The notes below the pieces were generated by a model that worked only from the letters and a program-made list of their open reading frames with translations, ran no database searches and was not told where the DNA came from. This document shows, piece after piece, positions 28,464-38,100 of a stretch of 51,761 nucleotides of DNA (the stretch's first letter is position 1; every line of letters begins with the position of its first letter). Both the position numbers and the translations under genes were made by a program. The stretch spans positions 1 through 51,761 of the forward strand of contig SFMJ01000001.1 in NCBI GenBank assembly GCA_004553095.1, given 5' to 3'. Source of the DNA: Bacteroidales bacterium. Its GTDB lineage: Bacteria > Bacteroidota > Bacteroidia > Bacteroidales > Muribaculaceae.

Positions 28464-29699
28464 ATGAAGCGTATGCTTGCCGCCAAAATCGCTTGGCGAT
28501 ACCTAAGATCGAAGAAATCGCATGGCGCCGTGACCACCATCACCACCGTATCGATTATCGCTATGGCTGTCGCCACGGCGGCTATCATCTGCGTCTTGTC
28601 GGTGTTCAACGGTTTTCAGCAGGTCATAGCCTCCAAACTGGACTCCCTCTCACCCGATGTGATGGTGACACCCGCCGAGGGGAAGGCGTTCGACCAATCT
28701 TCGGAATTGACCGAGCGGATTCGCAAAATGCCGGAGGTGGAGGTAGCCACCCCCACACTCTCCGACAATGCACTGATCATCTGTAATGGTCAGGAAATGC
28801 CGGTCAAGATCAAAGGGGTTATCGCCGAAGAGTATGCCCGCGTCACATCCGTGCGCCGGCTCTTCGACCCCGACTTCGGCACCTATATCGATCAGCCGGC
28901 AGCCGCTCCCGACAATGCCATAGTCTCGATCGGCGTTGCCGCACGCCTCTCCATCACCCCCGATCAGTATCTCCTCATCTTCGCCCCGAGACGTCGCGGA
29001 CGTGTCAACCTCGCCAACCCCGCATCCTCCTTCCTCACCGATTCGCTACACGTCACCGGCATATACCACACCGACCAGCAGCAATATGACGAAGATGGCG
29101 TAATCCTCCCCATCGAGAAGGCACGCCGTCTCTTGCAATATCAAGACCAAGCCTCGGCAGTCGAGATAAAATGCCGCCCCGGATCGGATGCCGAACAGGT
29201 GGCGCAGAAGATTGCCTCAGCCTTAGGCCCCGACTATGTGGTCAAAGATCGTGCCCGCCAACAAGAGATGAATTTCCGTATGGTCAAGATCGAGAAATGG
29301 GTATCATTCCTATTGCTCGGTTTTATCCTCGCCATCGCCGGATTTAACATCATCTCCTCCCTCTCGATGCTCGTTATCGAGAAAGAGCGAGGCATCGCCA
29401 CCTTCTCCGCCATAGGACTCTCCCGCCGTCAGATCGGCAACATCTTCGCCTGGGAAAGCATCTATGTCGCCCTCGCCGGCGGCATCTCCGGGATCATCCT
29501 CGGCGTCACACTCTGCCTCATCCAGCAGGAATTCGGTCTCATCACCCTCGCCGGCGACCCATCCATGGCGATAGTCACGGCATACCCCGTGGCTGTCGAC
29601 CCCCTCGATGTGCTGATCACTCTAATACCCATCATCATCATCGGCATGATCACTGCCGCCATCACTGCCACTTTTGCCCGCTCTCGCATCAAGCAGTGA
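28464..29699 (+). CDS. LolE/FtsX-like ABC transporter permease
   Basis: IAWRYLRSKK, LSVFNGF and FNIISSLSMLVIEK motifs. Confidence 0.88.
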   Translation: MKRMLAAKIAWRYLRSKKSHGAVTTITTVSIIAMAVATAAIICVLSVFNGFQQVIASKLDSLSPDVMVTPAEGKAFDQSSELTERIRKMPEVEVATPTLSDNALIICNGQEMPVKIKGVIAEEYARVTSVRRLFDPDFGTYIDQPAAAPDNAIVSIGVAARLSITPDQYLLIFAPRRRGRVNLANPASSFLTDSLHVTGIYHTDQQQYDEDGVILPIEKARRLLQYQDQASAVEIKCRPGSDAEQVAQKIASALGPDYVVKDRARQQEMNFRMVKIEKWVSFLLLGFILAIAGFNIISSLSMLVIEKERGIATFSAIGLSRRQIGNIFAWESIYVALAGGISGIILGVTLCLIQQEFGLITLAGDPSMAIVTAYPVAVDPLDVLITLIPIIIIGMITAAITATFARSRIKQ

Positions 29700-29790
29700 T
29701 AACATATTGACTGCCACAACGTTAATCTCACTATTTACAAAAATATTAAAAATATTTACGGAAAAATTTTTCTAAATATTTTCTATATTA

Positions 29791-29822
29791 TTTGCATAAC
29801 TCAAACCTTATTGCTAATTTTG
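29791..29822 (+). promoter_or_regulatory. Promoter of tnaA
   Basis: TTTG-N20-TAATTTTG. Confidence 0.7.
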
Positions 29823-29914
29823 GAGGGTGGAACACTATAAGAGTGTTTCGCCGTCAAAAAAAAGAAAAAAAACATAACCCATAACCCAACACTTCATCAA
29901 AAAAAGAGATTACC

Positions 29915-31291
29915 ATGGAATTACCATTCGCAGAATCTTGGAAGATTAAGATGGTTGAACCCATCAAGAAGAGTACACGTGAGCAGCGCGAGCAATGGCT
30001 CAAAGAAGCTCACTACAACGTATTTATGCTGAAATCAGACGCTGTCTACATCGACTGCCTCACCGACTCCGGCACAGGTGCGATGTCTGACCGTCAATGG
30101 GCTGCTATGATGACAGGCGACGAGTCATACGCAGGCGCTCGTTCCTTCTATGAACTAAAAGACACTATCGGCCGCATCACCGGTTTTGAGTATGTAATTC
30201 CCACTCACCAGGGTCGTGCCGCTGAAAATGTATTATTCTCTCACCTCGTAAAGGCCGGCGACATCGTGCCGGGCAACTCCCACTTCGACACCACCAAGGG
30301 TCACATCGAGAGCCGCAAGGCATTCGCCGTAGACTGCACCGTCGATGAGGCTCGCAACACTCAGCTCGAAGTTCCCTTCAAAGGCAATGTTGACCTCAAC
30401 AAGCTCGAGGCAGTGCTTCAGAAAGATGGCGACAAAGTTCCCTTCATCATCGTGACAATCACCAACAACACAGCCGGCGGACAACCTGTATCAATGGAAA
30501 ACCTCCGCGGCGTTCGTAAGTTGGCCGACAAATATGGCAAGCGTGTCATCTTAGACTCTGCTCGTTTCGCAGAGAATGCATATTTCATCAAGACTCGCGA
30601 GCCGGAGTTCAAGGATGCTACCATCAAGGAAATCTGCCGTCAGATGTTCGACTTGGCTGATGCTATGACCATGTCTTCAAAGAAGGATGGTCTTGTCAAC
30701 ATGGGTGGATTCATCGCAACTCGTTGGGAAGATATCTATGAGGGTGCCAAGAAATTCTGCATCCCCTTCGAAGGTTTCTTGACTTATGGCGGTATGAATG
30801 GTCGTGACATGGCTGCATTGGCAGTTGGTCTCGATGAGAACACAGAGTTCGATATGCTCGAGACACGCATCAAGCAGGTAGAATACCTTGCCAAGAAGCT
30901 CGACGAATATGGCATCCCCTACCAACGTCCCGTAGGTGGTCACGCCCTCTTCATCGACGCAGACAAGGTGCTCGACCGCATCCCCAAAGAGGAATTCCCT
31001 GCACAGCGCCTCACCATGGAGCTCTATCTCGAAGCCGGAGTGCGTGGCTGTGAGATCGGCTACCTCCTCGCCGACAGAGATCCTGTGACTCGCGAGAACA
31101 GATTCAACGGCAATGACTTCTTGAGACTCTGCATCTGCCGTCGCACTTACACCAACAATCACATGGATGTGATTGCTGCCGCTCTCAAGAATGTATACGA
31201 TCGCCGTCACGAGATCACTCGCGGTGTGAAGATCACATGGGAAGCAGAACTCATGCGCCACTTCACAGTGCAACTCGAGCCCCTCGGCTAA
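29915..31291 (+). CDS. tnaA: Tryptophanase (beta-eliminating lyase)
   Basis: LTDSGT, PTHQGR and PLP motif MSSKKDG; HFDTT, EIG and RHFT favour tryptophanase over tyrosine phenol-lyase (YFTTT, ERG, RFFT). Confidence 0.88.
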   Translation: MELPFAESWKIKMVEPIKKSTREQREQWLKEAHYNVFMLKSDAVYIDCLTDSGTGAMSDRQWAAMMTGDESYAGARSFYELKDTIGRITGFEYVIPTHQGRAAENVLFSHLVKAGDIVPGNSHFDTTKGHIESRKAFAVDCTVDEARNTQLEVPFKGNVDLNKLEAVLQKDGDKVPFIIVTITNNTAGGQPVSMENLRGVRKLADKYGKRVILDSARFAENAYFIKTREPEFKDATIKEICRQMFDLADAMTMSSKKDGLVNMGGFIATRWEDIYEGAKKFCIPFEGFLTYGGMNGRDMAALAVGLDENTEFDMLETRIKQVEYLAKKLDEYGIPYQRPVGGHALFIDADKVLDRIPKEEFPAQRLTMELYLEAGVRGCEIGYLLADRDPVTRENRFNGNDFLRLCICRRTYTNNHMDVIAAALKNVYDRRHEITRGVKITWEAELMRHFTVQLEPLG

Positions 31292-31333
31292 TCATCACGA
31301 CAACACCCGCCCCACGGCGGATAAAATCCTATA

Positions 31334-31372
31334 AAGAGGTCGGAAACAGAAGTTTCCGGCCTCTTCGTTTTT
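31334..31372 (+). terminator. Terminator after tnaA
   Basis: AAGAGGTCGGAAAC-agaa-GTTTCCGGCCTCTT followed by a T run. Confidence 0.8.
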
Positions 31373-31432
31373 ATTAAGAACTCACTATATGCCTGTCGGT
31401 GGAGGGATAAAATCGGTTTGGCGGCCGACTGC

Positions 31433-31445
31433 GCTAATTTTGCAG
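31433..31445 (+). promoter_or_regulatory. -7 promoter element of module B
   Basis: GCTAATTTTGCAG (TAnnTTTG); nearest TTTG is only 14 nt upstream, a non-canonical spacing. Confidence 0.6.
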
Positions 31446-31471
31446 TGCGATTTGATAATCACTGTTTCTAT

Positions 31472-31534
31472 CACTATTATCCAATCACTAATATCTATTA
31501 TCTAATCACTATTTACTAATCACTATTCACTAAA
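31472..31534 (+). repeat. Heptamer array (9 x 7 nt) before the capsid gene
   Basis: CACTATT ATCCAAT CACTAAT ATCTATT ATCTAAT CACTATT TACTAAT CACTATT CACTAAA, 12 nt before ATG. Confidence 0.9.
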
Positions 31535-31546
31535 ACGTTTTTTATT

Positions 31547-33064
31547 ATGGAAGAGAATGTTAATGTTGTAGCCGGTGCTACCGGCCTTGCCACTCAGGCA
31601 CCCGGCGCTGCCGCCACTGTATCCAACCTTGCTGCCGCATCAGGTGGTATCGCCCCGGGTCATCTGGTCGAGACGGATATCGACGAGGAGTTGTTTCGCT
31701 TCAACAGCGATGACACTCCGCTGATGAATCTGATGTTGCGCGCCAAGCGCGTAAAGGTCAATTCCCCCGAAGTAGAGCACTACATGATCGACGAGCCCCG
31801 CAGCAGCGTTGTCACCACTGCACCGATCACACAGTCCACCCAGATGCAGATCGTATTGCCACTGAGCGCCGCCGACCAGAGTCTGCCTCGTCCCTACAGC
31901 ACCCTCTTGGTGAAGGGTGTCGATGGATATGCCGAGAATGGTGTCGACCGCACCTACGGCAAAGACCTGATGCTCTTCGTGGTGGGCTATGACCCGACGA
32001 CCAACAATCCTGTGGTGCGCGCCGTCAACGGCCCCAAGCAGAATGTCACCGACGAATTTTGCGGGTTTCCCAACATCGAAGAGGGGACGACCTGCGTGAT
32101 TCTCGCCAACTCCCTCTACGAGACCCAGAAAGAGGTTGACCCGGACTTGATCGTTCCGCAACCCTCGCGAGTCTACCTTCAGAAGCGAGGCATGAACCAG
32201 GTAGTCTCCGACTACTTCGAGAGCCAGCGGAAGCATATCCCCTTCTCCAAGGCTATTATCGCCGAGCAAGCCATCGCCAACTTCAAAGTAAGGGGCAACC
32301 ACACCCTCTGGGCGGGTCGCGGTGGCAAATTCAAAGTCAATGTGCCTCGCATGGGTATGCAATATGTCTACTGCACCGAAGGGATCCGCTGGCAATTCAA
32401 GCGTGAATTGCAACATAGCGGCCGCTGGACTGTGGAGCGCATCATCGCCCTCGCCAAGATGTTTTTCACCGGCGAAGATGTACCCAAGACGGCACTCCTG
32501 CTTGCCGGCAAGAACCTTCTGGAGCAGATCCAATGCATAGACTTCAGCCGTCACCCCGAGATCCAGATCAGCACGAAGACCAACTCCATCGGATGGACAG
32601 TCACCAACTTCCACACCGTCTTCGGCGACATCGAGATCAAGCGCGAGCCGACGCTCGACAGGCTTGGCTGGAGCAATAGCGGTGCACTAATCGGCGAGAA
32701 TCGACTCGTGCATTATGTCTACAGCGCCGAGCATAGTTTCAGCGACCGCGTCGAAGGGGAAGAGGCTACCCGCACCGGCATCCTCATTTGGGATGCATTG
32801 GCACTCAAGGGTGGTTGCCACATCTGGATCGACGGCGAAGGAGAGGCACGCGAATCCGATGCCTTCGTCTTCAAAATCTGGGAGAATATCGAAGCCCCGA
32901 CCGATGCTCAAAATGGTGACATCTACTACCTGACATGCGACTGTCCCGGCATCGATGCGAAGGCACGCACCGGCCAATTCTGGCAGATGACCAAACGTAT
33001 GGGCGATGACCTCAAGCAAGTGATCGAATGGAAAGAATATAATGGAGAACTTAATATCGAATGA
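31547..33064 (+). CDS. Phage major capsid protein (DUF5309/SU10-like) with a C-terminal extension
   Basis: N-terminal TPLMNL...VNSPEVEHY..DEPR, plus TEGIRWQ and FHTVFGDI patterns of HK97-fold capsids; heads an operon ending in holin and amidase. Confidence 0.7.
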   Translation: MEENVNVVAGATGLATQAPGAAATVSNLAAASGGIAPGHLVETDIDEELFRFNSDDTPLMNLMLRAKRVKVNSPEVEHYMIDEPRSSVVTTAPITQSTQMQIVLPLSAADQSLPRPYSTLLVKGVDGYAENGVDRTYGKDLMLFVVGYDPTTNNPVVRAVNGPKQNVTDEFCGFPNIEEGTTCVILANSLYETQKEVDPDLIVPQPSRVYLQKRGMNQVVSDYFESQRKHIPFSKAIIAEQAIANFKVRGNHTLWAGRGGKFKVNVPRMGMQYVYCTEGIRWQFKRELQHSGRWTVERIIALAKMFFTGEDVPKTALLLAGKNLLEQIQCIDFSRHPEIQISTKTNSIGWTVTNFHTVFGDIEIKREPTLDRLGWSNSGALIGENRLVHYVYSAEHSFSDRVEGEEATRTGILIWDALALKGGCHIWIDGEGEARESDAFVFKIWENIEAPTDAQNGDIYYLTCDCPGIDAKARTGQFWQMTKRMGDDLKQVIEWKEYNGELNIE

Positions 33065-33342
33065 AGATGATACAAGACATGAACCAACGTAAGTTGCAGA
33101 CCGCCAAGGGAGGTCTGCAACCCACCCGCCCCCGGAAATATGTGTATGGTGTCTATGGGCTCACCGAGTGGCATCCCCTGATCAGGGTGGGTAAAGTGAG
33201 AGTAAGGATTCCCTTCACCGGAGGGACGATGTCAGCCTACGGGCAGGTGCCGGCGACCTTCACCACCTGCTCCGACGACTTGGCACGCGTCATCGAGGGG
33301 AGCGAGCACTTCAAGTCCCACCGCATCAAGCGACTCAAATAG
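33061..33342 (+). CDS. Small phage structural protein
   Basis: ATGA-coupled to the capsid gene; IPFTGG...PATFTT...IEGSEHFKS motif. Confidence 0.6.
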   Translation: MKMIQDMNQRKLQTAKGGLQPTRPRKYVYGVYGLTEWHPLIRVGKVRVRIPFTGGTMSAYGQVPATFTTCSDDLARVIEGSEHFKSHRIKRLK

Positions 33343-33361
33343 AAAGGGGGAGGGAGAGAGT

Positions 33362-34000
33362 ATGAAGACTACTATCAAAGAAGTATTGCGTCGCACCTAC
33401 GCCCTGCTCGACGAAAACGAGGCTCTTCTCGACGAGCGAGTGGAATATGGCGACCCTGCCACGGCATTGCGACCGCTACTGCTCGACCTGCTCCCCGACG
33501 CCGCCCGCGTGGTGATCTGTTCCCTCCCCCTGCATCGCTTTGAAGAGTGCAGACATCTCAACAACACCATCCACTTCGGCGAGCGAATCGGGGCATCCGA
33601 CTCCGAGGTCGACATGCCGGTCAACTTTCTGCCGAAACTCAGACGCACCGGAGAAGACCGGGCGGAGTTCACTCTGCCGAGTGACTTTCTGCGACTTGTC
33701 AACGTGAAGATGAGCGACTGGCATCGAGGGGTAAGCACTCCGATGGCATCGGGAGGCGACGAGCACAACATTCGTATGAGATGGCCCTATCGTCGGCAAG
33801 CGCCGGCGATAGCCATCGCTCGGCAGGGCGACCGGCAAGTGATGCAACTCTTCGGCACGGCGTCAGACAGTTATGTGGCGGAATTAGACTGGATCGCACG
33901 CCCCGAGATCAACGAACTCTATATCGATATGCCCGCAGGGATCCTCCCCGATGTATGCGCCAAATTGGCGGAGATGGCAGAGGGGGTGATCACATCATGA
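33362..34000 (+). CDS. Putative head-tail adaptor protein
   Basis: LPSDFLRLV..KMSDW motif as in podovirus adaptor/tail-tubular-A-like proteins; position after capsid. Confidence 0.55.
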   Translation: MKTTIKEVLRRTYALLDENEALLDERVEYGDPATALRPLLLDLLPDAARVVICSLPLHRFEECRHLNNTIHFGERIGASDSEVDMPVNFLPKLRRTGEDRAEFTLPSDFLRLVNVKMSDWHRGVSTPMASGGDEHNIRMRWPYRRQAPAIAIARQGDRQVMQLFGTASDSYVAELDWIARPEINELYIDMPAGILPDVCAKLAEMAEGVITS

Positions 34001-34209
34001 ACGAGAATCGACTTGGCACCAGAGAAGTGACGGTGATCATAGCGGCGGCGGTGACGATGCTGGTGGGGTGCGGGCTCCTCATAGCATCGTTGGTGATACC
34101 CCCGCCCGGAGAGATCGACAGTTCGGTGCTGATAGCCTTCGGAGAGATCTCCACCTTCTCCGGAGCCCTCTTCGGAGTAAAAGTAACAAAAAACGGAATA
34201 CAGAAATGA
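33997..34209 (+). CDS. Putative holin (70 aa, two TM segments)
   Basis: MNENRLGTREV...GLLIASLVIPPPGEIDSSVLIAFGEISTFSGALFG; ATGA overlaps on both sides; directly before the amidase. Confidence 0.7.
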   Translation: MNENRLGTREVTVIIAAAVTMLVGCGLLIASLVIPPPGEIDSSVLIAFGEISTFSGALFGVKVTKNGIQK

Positions 34210-34601
34210 GAAAGATAGATAAGATTATACTACACTGCACAGCGACTCCTGAGGGTCGAGAGGTGACAGTGGCGGATGTCACCGCCTGGCACAAAGAGCG
34301 AGGCTTCCGCACCATCGGTTATCATTACTTGGTATATCTTGACGGCACGGTGGTTCGTGGCCGTCGGGAGGAGGAGATAGGTGCCCACTGCTTGGGGCAG
34401 AATGCCGGGAGCATCGGCGTCTGCTATGTCGGCGGACTCGACAGCCGGGGGAATCCTAAAGATACGCGCACGGCAGCCCAGCGTGTGGCACTGCGCAACC
34501 TCGTAGAGGGATTGCAACGGCGCTATCCTCACGCCACCCTGCATGGGCACAACGAATTTGCCGCAAAGGCATGCCCCTGCTTCAAGATATCAGACCTTTA
34601 G
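34206..34601 (+). CDS. N-acetylmuramoyl-L-alanine amidase (T7 lysozyme-like endolysin)
   Basis: IILHCTAT, IGYHY, GAHC, SIGVCYVGG and GHNEFAAKACPCF; start trimmed to ATG at 34206. Confidence 0.93.
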   Translation: MRKIDKIILHCTATPEGREVTVADVTAWHKERGFRTIGYHYLVYLDGTVVRGRREEEIGAHCLGQNAGSIGVCYVGGLDSRGNPKDTRTAAQRVALRNLVEGLQRRYPHATLHGHNEFAAKACPCFKISDL

Positions 34602-34613
34602 AACGCGCTCTAA
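34597..34613 (-). repeat. IS-end-like motif overlapping the amidase stop codon (3' edge of module B)
   Basis: TTTAGAACGCGCTCTAA. Confidence 0.75.
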
Positions 34614-34626
34614 GACGAGATTGGCT

Positions 34627-35184
34627 CTAATCCGGCAAGGATTCGAGCCAATCTTCGTCTATATTTCTGCGGGAGTCTTTTTTAGGGATGATCCGTCCGG
34701 TGGTCATATCGATGACACCGGCGGCTATGTCGCTCGAGGCTTCCGGCTGTTGTTGCGACTTGAGCGAGATGATCTTGGCGCGCAACCGAGTGATCCGGTT
34801 CTCATAACTGCGTTTCATCTCCTCGACCTGATCAAGTTGACGGTCGATCTCGACGAGAGTTCTCTCCATCTCCTCTTGATGCACGAGTTGCGCTTGGAGA
34901 TCCTCGATCTGCTTCTTCAAGGTGGCGATGGATTGAAGATGCTCATTCTCCTTCTTGGCAATCTCCTCCTTCAGCCCTTCAAAGCCATGTTGCAAATCGG
35001 CATATTGCCTCTTCAGATCGTCATATTGAGACTGCGACTTTTCGAGGTCGTCGAGAGCATGGTCTCGTTCGGCGCATGCCTGCTGCAAATCGGCGGCATG
35101 ATTGTCGCATGCCTCCAGCAGTTCATTCAATTCTCTTGAATATCGGCGTGGATGGAGGAATACTTTCAGGGGAGATGGGTTCAT
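34627..35184 (-). CDS. Coiled-coil hypothetical protein
   Basis: Heptad-rich E/Q/L sequence; ATGA-type overlap with the upstream gene. Confidence 0.7.
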   Translation of the reverse strand: MNPSPLKVFLHPRRYSRELNELLEACDNHAADLQQACAERDHALDDLEKSQSQYDDLKRQYADLQHGFEGLKEEIAKKENEHLQSIATLKKQIEDLQAQLVHQEEMERTLVEIDRQLDQVEEMKRSYENRITRLRAKIISLKSQQQPEASSDIAAGVIDMTTGRIIPKKDSRRNIDEDWLESLPD

Positions 35185-38100
35185 AACTCGGGATGCTCCT
35201 CACGATGAGGGGCAGTCTTAAAGACGACACCCTTAGACTTTCGGCCATTGATGGCTATGGTGAGGGGTTCATCGAACTTGATAATCTTGAGATACTCCGT
35301 TTCTCGTTCACAGGGCAACGACTTGATATACTCACGGTCGATATAACCATTTCCGCGCTCGGTGTCGATGGTGAAATAGCCGGTGCCGAAAGATGTAAGA
35401 TTCTGGAAGAAATGAGTGCCTTGGGAAGGTTCGACACGCAGGCCGGGGATAGCGCACTCGATGATGAGTCTTGCGCCGGAGATCTGCGCCCATCTCACGG
35501 GGATACCGAGCGAAGGGTCGGAAGTACCCCAACGCCCCGGACCGATCAAGATATAAGGGTCACCATTTTTCGACATCACCTCATTGATTTCACCCACCTG
35601 GGCGGCAATGTCGTGAGTTTTGAGCACGTCGAAAGCCTCCGGCTTGACATAAATCAGATACTTCACGCCATCCATCAAGCCATGGCCCAAGGCAGTGTCG
35701 GAGCGCAAGAGCAACTCGCTGTCGTCGGTTTCGGTGACATTATCATCGAGCATCTCCTTCTGGTCGACGATCGGGCGAATCTGAAGCCAATAGACTATGC
35801 CGCGACGGCCATGCTCATCGGGCTTGGGGAATATCTTACCGGCAAATTCGATTTCGACGGGACGACCCATCTCATACTGTCCGGTGGTGAGCATAAACTC
35901 CGAGATATGCGCCAAGGGGAACGAACCATGTCTCAACACATTGGCGAAAGTAAGCACCTTACGCCCCGGACCGATCTCATTATCGCGGATCACCTGGTCG
36001 TTGACATCGAAGGTAGACACCATATACTTCAGGGCACCAGACTTGAAGGCATCAGCCACAGCCACCTTCTGTATATTGAACGTATCGTCGGGAGTGAAAC
36101 GATAATTCTCCACATCCTTCAGGGGGAGAGCATGGAGATAAGTCTGTGTATCGCGCAGGGCGAGTTGTAATGTAGAGGTTTGGAGCACCTTATCGGGGTG
36201 TGCGGGAGAGAATCTGAGCGCCTTGCCACCATCCACGATATAACTACCCAGGCCGGCGGCGAGTTCGACGACACCCTCCTCGGTTTTCTCCTCTCCTACG
36301 GGATAATAATTGAGCGAGCGGCCGACGCCGGAGAAATTGGGATAATAGAAACCATCGTGATCATCGCCCACCATACCCTGGAGTATTACCGCCATCTTCT
36401 CCTGGTCGATGACATTGCTGGTGGCATTCATATAAGCCTTCGAATCGGCGAAGAAAACGGAGGCATATACCGCCTTAACGGCATCGCAGAGCATATTGAT
36501 ACGAGCCTCGGGATCCTCGAGATATGGCACCATATACGTGCTATATATGCCGGCGAATGGCTGATAATGAGAATCCTCTATCAGCGACGAACTGCGGACC
36601 GCCATCGGGCGTTTCACCACATTGAAGAAGGCAGCCAGGTCGGCACGCACCTCGGGGGTGAAATCCGCTTCAAGGAATCTTCGCAAGATCTCTTCATTGG
36701 GGAGCGATGACAGGGCGTCGGGATAGAGGTTGTTGCGGTCCATGAACTCATCGAAGATATCGGTGCAGACCACAAGTGTGTGAGGGATAGTGATTTGTAC
36801 ACCCTCGAAACAATCGCACACCGGGTGTCGCTTGATGATCTGGTCGATGAAAGCAAGACCGCGCCCCTTGCCACCCATAGAGCCGCTGCCGACACGAGCG
36901 AAATTGCTGTAATCGTCATAGCAATCCTTCTGAAAGACAGCCACAACGCCGCGGTTCTTCATGCGTCGATAGCGCACGATACACTCGAACACGAGCTTTC
37001 TTACTTTGGGAGCATCAGCGATATCGATAAACTCGAACTGGCGGAGGAAATCGGCTATCGGGAAGAGGGCACGCGAATATAGCCAACGGCTGATGCAGTT
37101 GGTGCTGCAATAATAATGGAGGAGATCGTCGGGAATTTCGAAGATCTTATGTTGCAACTCGCGGAGGTTCTTGATACGCATCAGTTCACGGCCATTGCCG
37201 GGATACTTCACGATGAAATCGCCGAAACCGAACTCCGACGACACTGCCTTGCGGAGGTCGATAGGGAGAGTCTTCGAGTTCTTATCGAGGAATACATAAC
37301 CCAAATCTTCGGCTTGTTGGCGATTTTCCGCCTCCGAGCTTTCCATAATGACGGGAGCCCAAGGGCGTCGCTCGCGGAGATACTTTGCCACGGCGAAACC
37401 GGCACCCGGGTCCTTCTCCCCATTGCGAGGGAAGCGGGCATCGGTGACCAGCCCCATGATATTATCGCGATACTTATCGATCAGCGCCGTAGCCTCCTCA
37501 TAATCGCGTGCCACCAAGACCTTGCAGCGGCCACGCATGCGGAGCATACGCTCATGTTCATTGAGGGCCTCCGTGCTGAAGACCATCGACTGCTTGAGGA
37601 GGAACTTGAAGAGATAAGGGAGGATCGAACTATAGAAACGGATTGAATCCTCTACGAAGAGGATGGCTTGGATTCCGACATCCACCAGGTCATGGTCGGC
37701 ATTCATCTTATCCTCGATCAGTTTGATGATAGCCACGATCAGGTCGACATTTCCGAGCCACGAGAAGACATAATCCACACCGCGGAGGTCTTCATTGGCG
37801 ATGCGGCGTCTCACCTCATTGCTGAATGGGGTTAGCACCACAAATGGGATGTCGGGATAAAGAGCATCGATATGTACAGCCTCCTTGAAAGTTTCGCTGA
37901 TATCGACACCCGGCATCGCTATGATAAGGTCATAATTTTTATTTTTGAGTTCCTCGTAAGCCTCGACATAATTTGCTACCTTGGTGAATCGAGGAGCCGA
38001 CGACAGATTGAGCGCCACATACTCATCATATACCTGCTCCTCGACTCGGCCATCCTCCTCGAGGATAAAAGCATCGTAGGGGGTGGCAATCAGCAGGATA

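Noticed and set aside
31472..31534. CRISPR array or replication-origin iterons
   Set aside because: Units are 7 nt with no spacers, and there is no cas or rep gene nearby
31640..32614. Long antisense ORFs (also 35193-36170, 37872-38939, 13130-14041 and others)
   Set aside because: Shadow frames of real genes, expected from codon bias at this GC content
16242..34601. One contiguous intact 18-kb prophage
   Set aside because: The interval between the modules is ordinary housekeeping DNA, and no integration, immunity or replication genes are present
6296..34613. Opposed motif pairs (6296/8510, 11587/22431, 26385/34613) as composite transposons
   Set aside because: They enclose core genes, there is no transposase, one pair has mismatched flanks, and solo copies explain the pattern equally well
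34627..35184. Coiled-coil gene as a spanin or other part of module B
   Set aside because: It is on the opposite strand, coupled to the PEP-synthase-like operon, and has no TM segment or lipobox
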